Source: Balanoglossus misakiensis (taxonomy: Eukaryota > Animalia > Hemichordata). Taken from it: a stretch of DNA of 64,000 nt. Position numbers and translations under genes: made by a program. Positions 54,763 to 64,000 of this stretch are shown piece after piece. The notes beneath the pieces are model-generated. The model was not told the DNA's origin, did not search any database, and worked only from the letters and a program-made list of their open reading frames with translations. Each line of letters starts with the position of its first letter. Position 1 is the stretch's first letter. Location of the stretch: assembly GCA_040954595.2 (NCBI GenBank), contig CM082591.2:4387957-4451956 (forward strand), written 5' to 3'.

Positions 54763-56921
54763 GAACTAAGGCTACTAGTGTAGTCGGTACAAGGCAACTC
54801 TCAGGCGGTTGTCTGGCAACTCCATGCAGGTGTCGATGCCCTAGCGGGCGTGTTCTACTTCTAGCGACACGGTGTCATGCGCTGTTATAGAAAATGGTAC
54901 CCGTTTTCAGTTTCATTTCCCCCCCGGCGGACAAAACTGGTCGGTCCCTCAGAAGGCCGCCACCTACCGGCGTATTCGAACTAAATCACTGCTCTCACAG
55001 CTCTTCCATCTACCTAATTACAACTCACAAGCGCCTACACGATGACGCACTACGTAGCCATGCCTACGCTTTAATTTGAATTTCAGATGCACGGGGAAAC
55101 CATTTTCCTCGATTCCGGGTATAGAGTCTTTGTAAAGATGCCAACACCTACACTATTACAAAGTGGTTTGAATTTTGCACCGTTTATTCACGACTGCGTA
55201 TAGTATTATAAATATGTTGTCATATGAAGCTGCTAAAAATCACATGCCTTTGACAGTTTCGAATTCACATAAATAGTCGAAACCAATATCCTCCTTTACG
55301 TCAGCAGCTCGAGAACATCAGTTCAACCCGAGGTTAATTTGATTTTTATTCGATTTCCCTCAGCGTCTCGAAGTCGTGCGCAAACCTTTTGCACGGCTAA
55401 TCTGCTTAAATCAAACAAGGTGGCCCAAACGGTATTTCGCTCGGCTATTCGCGCATATTTTATTATGACTACAACCTTTGATCGGTTGGCTGATAATTTG
55501 CATTGTAATAGACTTCGAACTTTAATACACAGTACCGTAGACAACCATCTGGTACACAGTGATACAGCTCGTGTTATCTGTTCGGAGATTATCACAAATG
55601 GGAACGTTTACGTGACTGAAAAACCGATAACTGCAACCCCGCCCTAAGCATGTTAGACAATGAAGCAATAAACAAAATATATTCTTCAGTTTTATTTTTT
55701 CTTCTTCCTTAATTTTCGTTGTGTATACATTGTATACTAAAGATAAAACTATAGCATTATTAATACATTCCCCAACAAATGACTAGAATCCTGATTACCT
55801 TTGTCTAAGACTTGCGAAACTTGTGTGGGTGCAGAATCAAGTGTCGTCTGCACTGGAGAAAACAATTATTGCATAACGCACATTCAAACTTTAGACCTCT
55901 AATCAAAAAATACAAATAGTCGGACTTCTCTGAGAACCGTGGCAACATCGAGTTTCACTGTCGAGTAATTTTACTCAAGAACACAATCGGCTAGACTAGA
56001 AATCCAATCACTCGATATAGTCGGTTGCTTTGAAAATAATCTTAGCTGAAACAAGCACGCGCGATTGTCATGGCAACACTGAGACGAAGATGGCGGATTT
56101 CCAAATATTATAACGCTCCGGGAATGAGCTCCCGCATGGAGTGTGTGAACTAAATGGCATAGCACAATTAATAGCCGTTGAGCGGTGTCGACAGAGAATA
56201 GCGATTGCGAGACGTGTACTCAATAGTTGACCCAGTTCAAACGCGAGCAGCTGTATTCCAGCAATAACTCGTCTATCGTTTTTTTTCTCTTTCGACGGAA
56301 GTGCATAGAACATATGTCTGCTTTCTCTAGTGCACGCAGAAGAAGAGAAAACGTGTTTCTCTTTAGTTACCGATTTCTTTGTCGGGCGCGTACTTATTAT
56401 CTAAGGCAGCGCAGGCGTATGACGAGACTAGTCAACTCCCTTTTTGTTTACGATGAAAACACCGCGCGTCATACTGCTGCGACTATGCCTTGAGTACATG
56501 GTTTCATTGTGTGATGTTTGGTCATGGTTTGGACAAATCTTAGGCGCGCGTGACTTTCCGTTGCCTAGGAAACGCCACCTCCACCGAGCGCTTTCACTCC
56601 CCCCCCCCCCCCAACCATACAATTACAAGTCGATTCAAGCCCTGAAACTGTGGTGATTCAAATTGGCTTTCGGGAAATGGTGTGACGTATTGTTGAGCTC
56701 ATCGTGTGAATTGCAGTAGAAATGCACAATATTCGTGAATAGAATGCCCTTCGACCGGAAGAAACTGTTCTGTGTTGAACTTTTTTTGTTAGAACCTCCA
56801 TGGGTGAACGCACGTTTCACGCCAGGAACAGTTCCTCTTTTGTTCGGAGAACGCCGCGCCGTGTGATCATTTAAAACATTCATTCACTTCCCTTAACTTC
56901 ATTCCCAGGACATCGGTTTGC

Positions 56922-56992
56922 TTCAATTCAATTCAATTCCATACAATTCAATTCAATTCAAGTCAGTTCAGTTCAGTTCAGTTCAGTTCAAT
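56922..56992. repeat. Pentanucleotide microsatellite (ATTCA)n grading to (GTTCA)n
   Basis: Directly visible. Confidence 0.9.
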
Positions 56993-58614
56993 TTACATGT
57001 AATCCCGGAATTCAATATTCAATGCACTCAGTGAGGAATCTGATGAACGGGCAATGCGGCATTTTGAGCGGAAATGCTTGTGAACCTTATGAAGTCACTG
57101 CGCAGGCGTGATGGCCCTTGAACCCCGTGCGTGAATCCCGTTTCACGCTTCGAGACCACAGCCGCAGCTGCTGTGGCGTCTGTCAAGCGAAAGTAATAGC
57201 ACCGTATAGAGGCTGGCAGAATACCCTGTTTGGTGCGTCAGAATTTCAAACAAAAACCACACGAGTTAGACTACAGTTTGCCATTTAGTGCTGTGGTCAA
57301 ACTGAACCAATGGCCCCCAGGCATGGCGCCGATGCTTGACGTTTTCTGAAGTTGGGAAGTACAGTGGCTGAGATGGTGTATGTATAGGCTTCCGGACACG
57401 AGTCGGTACTGCGCCCCTAAACCTTCGATTCCATACATTACAAACAGCCCTAAATTGTAACTATAGGCCTGATGAACACCATGGCAACTGACCATTTATT
57501 ATTACCTCCCCCCACACACACACCATCTAAAGTGTATCTTTTTATGTTTTATGATATTATAGTCTTATGTTTCCCATGAATTCACGGTATGGATCCCATG
57601 TGACATCTGAGTACTATCCTGACGACGATCAGTCATTCATTTTACCCACACCTTTGTCGCACCCTGTTGCTAGTAGCAACTTTAGTTAATTTTCAAGTCC
57701 TTATATACTTACAAATTGCATTTAATTGATTAAAGGCGTTCAAACTGACAAGTCATTGTTGTGAAACGATTTTATAGTTACAACCAGTATGCATATAACA
57801 GACACGACAGCAACACAAAGAAAGAAACTATCGACCAGGAGAAAATATTACATTGTTGTAGGCTATAATTTTACAGTTATGGGTTTCGAATTTTCGTTCA
57901 CAGGGAAGGTCCCCTGGGGGTTTACTTTCACTCGGCGTAACAATACATTGTCAGGATACTTATTCCAGGGCAACCGTCAGTGTTACCGACAGCTTGGAGG
58001 TAAACAAGACTTGAGCGTGCGATAACTGCAAATTGCTTGCTCTAAACGTGACAATTTTCGTTATTACTCAGTGCGCGTGAAGCGTTCAGACGTGCATCTT
58101 ATGTTTGTGCGGCACAGGAAATCTTTTGACTGTCAGTGAACATATATGGACAAGACATGAGGTGCAAATCGACAAAAATTTGTTAAAGGGACAAAGTCAT
58201 TAAACTGTTGTAAGTTTAACGCCAACTTCAATTCTGGCTACCTTAAATAGGTTTTTACTTCGTGCTAGAGAGTCAAATAACATTATAATAAATGGATTCC
58301 GGGTAAAAGGTCGACAAATCACCGTAGTAAGTGATAGAAGAAATATGTTGACTATATTTCATGACTTTCCTTGGTCAAAAAAATTCTGTCTTTGCATTAA
58401 GAATTTTGGTATGTTTTCTTGTTACAAAGTTTCAGAATGCCCCAGTATCACTTCAGCTTATGAACTTCCATTTCTTAAAAGTGGCAAATCTATATAAGAT
58501 TTGTTATCACTCACCTGGGTATAAAAAACTATTTAAGGAAATGAGTATTGCGACGAGAAAATATTGTTTGAATTCCGTGATATATAATGTAGGGCGGGTC
58601 GTACACAGCAGAAC

Positions 58615-58991
58615 GTATAGGCCAGGTTTGTCTTAACCGCCATCTTGGAAAACAAGGTGTTTTGTGGGATAGCTCGGGGCCGATTGGAGGGATCGGACAT
58701 CTCGCGGATACGTCACTTGCGTCAAAAATCTTCTAGAAAAATGATGACAGACGAACGACGACGATAAAAACGATAGACAAGAACTAAAAGTAGGTATGCA
58801 AGGAATATCTGTTGTAAAAATCGATCGTAAACGATGGCGAGCGTGAGCGTTTGCGTAGCGATGTTGACGTAAGAACGTGAACGGCGCAAGTGACGTATCC
58901 GCGAGATGTCCGATCCCTCCAATCGGCCCCGAGCTATCCCACAAAACACCTTGTTTTCCAAGATGGCGGTTAAGACAAACCTGGCCTATAC
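58615..58991. mobile_element. 377-bp non-autonomous element with perfect 107-bp inverted repeats
   Basis: 58615-58721 is the reverse complement of 58885-58991 (GTATAGGCCAGGTTTGTCTTAACCGCCATCTTGG...); no mismatch seen by eye. The 163-bp spacer is non-coding. Confidence 0.92.
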
Positions 58992-61900
58992 CGTTACCCG
59001 GGAAATATTTTTTTCACAAAATAAAAATAAAATGAACTTACTTCAGACAGTGACGTCACGACTCAGCGGTATATGTTTGCCAGAAGTTACAGAAGCGGGC
59101 TGTTTGATCTAATTCGAAAATATGGGAAGTTAATCAAAGTCGATGACTTCAGAACTAGCGCCAACTGACAATGCAGAGGTATGTACAATCACGCCTAACA
59201 TACATATGCCAATGTATGATTTACATTCATTGCCTTTGTAGTTTACGTTTATCTGCATACTAAAGAGACACACAGGAATCATATACATTCGTTCACAGTT
59301 CTTGTTCAAAGAAATTTGTGTTGTAATTTACATGTGGGATAAAGCCATTGTATTTCTAAACCTATTGTACTTGTCACAGTTTATAACTTCTCTCATGAAT
59401 AATTAATTAAATCTTTTGTATTATTTGTTCTTTTAAACATCTTTAAATACCTCAACTATTTAGTAAATAGTCTTTTAATATTTCGATTTAGTGTTTTGCT
59501 TTGTATATGACAAAGGTTGAATACCATGCAAAAGCTATTATTTCTTTTGCGGAAAGAAGTATGCATTGAATTCGGATAATGCCGAAAAAAACTTTGTCAC
59601 CTAAATTTAATGCAGTTATTATGGTTTAGGCCTAAACAATAGTTTTCAATGTACCCTACTGCCAAACATCTGTGAGACATACGTTCCGAAATTTAGCTGA
59701 GATAGTTCGATATGCTCGCTCACATAAAAAATCATACAAAATGGGAACTTGAAAAAAAAATGCAAACGTAATTACACAAAAATACAAACATGAAGAAATG
59801 TAACCAATGCACAGAAGGAAACTCTCGATGACTTTACGGTTACTACAAAGGTCATGACCCTATACCCCAGTTGTCTAAGCTTTGCTTTTTTTTCACCCAG
59901 GGAATCGGGAGCTTCATATACATTCATCTTTCAGATACCGCGATTTTACTACTTGAAATGACATCCCCAGACGAGGATTAATAAACCAGAGGACAAATTT
60001 GCATTTTCTTTTCTCGGATTTAGTATTGAGCATGCATCAACATTCTAAACAACTTAGCTACGTTCAGCCAGCAGAAGTCATCTCGAATCCAACACGAGTT
60101 GACCTCTTTTACGTGATGAAAACCATGCGCGAGTATGACCTTAAACGAAAGGTCAACAGACGCATTTGGCTTCATCTGTCAAGTCAGATGATAACACCTC
60201 AATGAAAAAACGCTGATCGAAAATACCATTTTACGCATCTCACAAATATTGTACCAGGAAAATAAGCAGCCCACGCACTACATCTACATGTAAATTGTAA
60301 AAATTAATGCGACCCCCGCTGTCTACCTACACTTATTACTATTCAGGCGTCTGATGCAGACCGCGTGACAGTGACAGTTCACAGTTTATTAGTGTTAATC
60401 CGCCGGTTCATTCTAGCCCAGTAATGTCGAAATGAACACGTAGTAAATTAAATGTGTTTCATTTGTATCACGCATGGCAACCCCGTGACAAAATGAATTA
60501 AGTTTAATTTACCTCTACAGTCCCCTCAATGGTTGTTTCAACATCTCCTTAGACAGTACATTTACTATCCCTTTGCGTGGCCTCACGCGAATCAAAATTA
60601 TTTTAGCGGTGTTACATTTACTGTCAACCAGGTCTTTTTAGCAAGCGTTATTTTAGCTAAATTAGCTAAGTGTGTAAATTCACTAATTTAAGGTAATTCT
60701 AACGATTCTTTAATATTAACATGGTTTAAAGGTGTCTTCACTGCTACATTAAAAACAAGTACAGGAAATCTAAATTCTCTAAAAACGCATAAATTAATAG
60801 GATATACCATACGCTGTGATATCGTGATAAACCACATGTTATAGGTACCAGCATTTGTTTCAAAAAACGCCAAGCGCATAAAAGGTTTCCATGACGGAAA
60901 TGATAAAAACATCAAAAACACCCCACTGAGTTTTCAACCGCAGTTCGATGTCGAACGTAAAGAAAATTGTTTCCAAGCCAAGTTGTACACGCCTAGCAAC
61001 AGAGTGAGACAAGCCTGTACCAGTCACAGAGTATTAAAGAACAGTCACCAATGCTTGTTCTGACAAATTCAAACATGTACGAGTCGGACACAGAAACCAA
61101 ATGACAATCTCCAAAAAAAGCATAGTTGACATACAATTTACAACAATCAATCAACTTACAAAAGAGAACAGGAAAGAGTCAACAAAGAAAATGCATCAAA
61201 AACAAAAGAAAAACGCATTGTTCTGGACAAAAATAATTCACCACGCCTATACTCGCATAGAATATGTTAGATCACCGGCAAGAACACAAGAAACACAAAT
61301 TTGAATCATTAAAATGCAAAACACGGAAATTCTGCAGACACGCCTCTGCATGGGCTTTGGCCCGAATGCCTTGTGTCACAGTTCCAATGTCGAGGAGGGT
61401 GTGTTCGAGTAAATTTTCTATTTTTTCATAGTCTGGCCGACGCTCCATAGGATGAAATAGCATTTCCTTTGTGGCCAACTTTTTCAAGTACCAGCCCTGA
61501 CGACATTGAACAACAAAATTTCACACGCAAATGGCCCACTTCCTGACTATATGATCTTAGATGGTACATAGGTCACCAGCTTGTAGTTTAGCTGGGTTAA
61601 GTACGCATGATCTTAATTACACCTCGTAAAAATGTCTCTTTTCCTTCGCAGTTTTACTGCGCCATCTGCAGAGACGATGTACAGTTAACTACTATATGCA
61701 AGGGTTGACATACAGGATGTTGATTTGCATGCTGGGTAAAAGGTCGATTCCTCGAACTGAGATAAGTTGATTGGCTAAATTTCAGATGTAGATGTCAGTT
61801 ATTTCTAGTCCTGTCTATGTAGGATCTTTCCACTAAATTTTAACATATTCACTCGTAAAAACGAGTGGAAATTCAACATCTGGTGATTCAGGTCGACCGC

Positions 61901-64000
61901 TGACCTAAATTGCCGGGATGAAGCTATTTTAAGGTTGGCGATAATCGAGAGTCGCCATCAATTATGGGCATCGCGGTTGAAAAGTAATTTCTGTCGGAGA
62001 AATAAATCTAGCTTTCAGCGCACTCCGTTTTCAAGGGATGGGTGAAAAATGAAATGACATGAGCGGGGAATAAAACTTCATGTTAGATCCATCATGTCTG
62101 GCGTCAACAGAGTATTATTAATTTAGGTCGCATGAATAATCAGGTATAAAATCGTATTTATATTACTAGACACACATTATGTGACAGACGCGCTGTGCGG
62201 CGGTGAGCTGTCGATCAAAGCCGGTCGCTATTGTTGTAATCCTGCATATGTATATATATCCCGGTTGCCATGGTTTCCAGTTGGATTCTCTGTGTGTCTG
62301 ATGACCGATAAATCGTCAGAGACGACAGCCTACGGTTGACCTTTGGCACCGTCACGCGCATGCGTTTTTAATTATATTGACGGGCTCGCGGTTCACAAAA
62401 CACGGAGTTCAATTATAGTGTTTTTCGAATCATTACATTTTTCGTTCGGCGTTAATTTGACGATAAGAAAATCGCGCTCGCGGGGAAATTTTCTGACGTC
62501 AAGAGGCAGTTCGCATTTCTATTTATTGGTAGAAATGCCAATAGACTAAGCCCTGGCCTTCTAATAGGGCGAGAACGACTCTGACGACAAAGAATCCTGC
62601 TTTCTGGAGAGGGGGAGGGAAGAGAGGGGAAGAGGGGTGGGGAGATGGAAAGCATGGAAGTGACTTATTCTCTGGACTCTGTAGAGGCTGATTGCTATTT
62701 TCTCCATGCCCAGCGGCACATCTATCAAACATTGACGTACCATCACCCAGTGAATGTATCCCCGGGTGCGATCCACAGTTTGCGATATCGAGGTCGGTCA
62801 CACCTTGGGGACACATTTTCAGCAATATATATCTCTCTAGTTTTTCCAATCTGGTGGGGCGCATTTTAAGATTAACAAGAAAATAGGATGATTTGATCTC
62901 CAAGAACGTCAACTATTCCGGATGGTTCCGAATTTAAAACCAGGATAACGTCGGTGCATGCAGTGTGTATCCCCTATAGAACTAACTCAGCGAGTGGCGG
63001 CCATATTGAGTTTACTAAATTTGCAGTAATTTTGTATTGCATACCGTGATGTTTAGTCGTACTCTCGTTATCTACAGTAACGGTGAGATATCTTTACCGC
63101 CCCCAAAAAACAAACTGATTTAACCCCACGTCGTCAGGTTACCTGCCGTCTGCGACTGAAGAGTTATTTTTAAAATGCTCATGTTGATATTTGTCGGTCA
63201 GAAACATCAAAATCGTACAGGTACATTACAGATTGTGTAAACAGTGTCTCATTTTTTCGCCGTCTGGTGTTCTTGCACCGCTTTCTTGAATAGGTTCCAA
63301 GTTTGTCGACAGGTATACTCAAACTATGACCCACAATGTCAAAATACTGAGGCAGCTACGTGTTATGACGTTGAGGTGACCAGGTTCTATTAACAATGGC
63401 TGACGCTGCCTTCCTAGTTCTTACTGCATGCGAGGGGGTCAAATCATAGCATTGTGGGTAAAAAGGTCGACATCTCACTGAAGAGGTGGTGTTACCTGTA
63501 TTTCATGATTCTTTTGTGAATAAAGAATAAATATACAATCGCAACTGTATCTGTATCTGTTCGGACACATCCGCAAAATGACACAGTAAAATGCATCAAT
63601 GGTTGCCACTCATAGTTTCCCTATCTGGACATGAACCGATAAACATTGACAAAAATCTAACCCAACGACAATTCAATACAGAATTCTTTTCCGTCGCCGG
63701 CTGTGACAGACAATAGCGGCACTATAAGCAGATTATATCAGTCCACCACTGATTTATTGTAAGCAGGCTCCCAGGGCAAGCTAATGAAGTTGTGAAGGCC
63801 ATTAAACACATGGAGATGGAACCTCATCCAGACAAACGACAGAAAAGTTGCGCATGTGCAGTACAGACGACACCCCCCTCCCTCTTCAACGCATATGAGC
63901 AAGCCACGATACAGGGTCTGTTTGTTCAAATTTTGTTTGTTTTGGGCCCATCATGACTAAGCGTGACATTTTCAATCATCAAAATACACTAATCAGCTTA

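Noticed and set aside
57040-57085. CTGATGA...GAAA resembling a hammerhead ribozyme core
   Set aside because: Stem II closing pair and flanking helices do not form convincingly.
53800-58100. Short ORFs and a CpG-rich patch in the distal region
   Set aside because: No recognisable protein motif, exon chain, tRNA or transposase; left as intergenic or possible regulatory DNA.

Overview
This is eukaryotic (metazoan, probably a marine invertebrate deuterostome; species is an inference) intron-rich genomic DNA. It holds five protein-coding genes whose exons I could join by hand into uninterrupted reading frames. These are two tandem, diverged BLTP3/UHRF1BP1-family bridge-like lipid transfer genes (+; the first is 5'-truncated by the window edge), an SLCO/OATP transporter (-), an ACC-synthase-like PLP enzyme (+) and prostaglandin reductase 1 (+). 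Between BLTP3 copy B and the SLCO lies a ~6.5 kb repeat block (27.9-34.4 kb). It contains an 87-bp satellite whose monomer is a ~61-nt imperfect palindrome, a 42-48-bp satellite and two long hairpins. Its non-repetitive islands are bounded by good splice signals, suggesting a spliced non-coding transcript with satellite/hairpin introns; this is the most unusual feature. Many short non-autonomous DNA-transposon-like elements (TTAA- and TA-flanked MITEs, palindromes, a perfect 107-bp inverted-repeat element) are scattered in introns and intergenic DNA. No transposase, tRNA, rRNA or CRISPR was recognised, and 53-64 kb has no confident coding gene.
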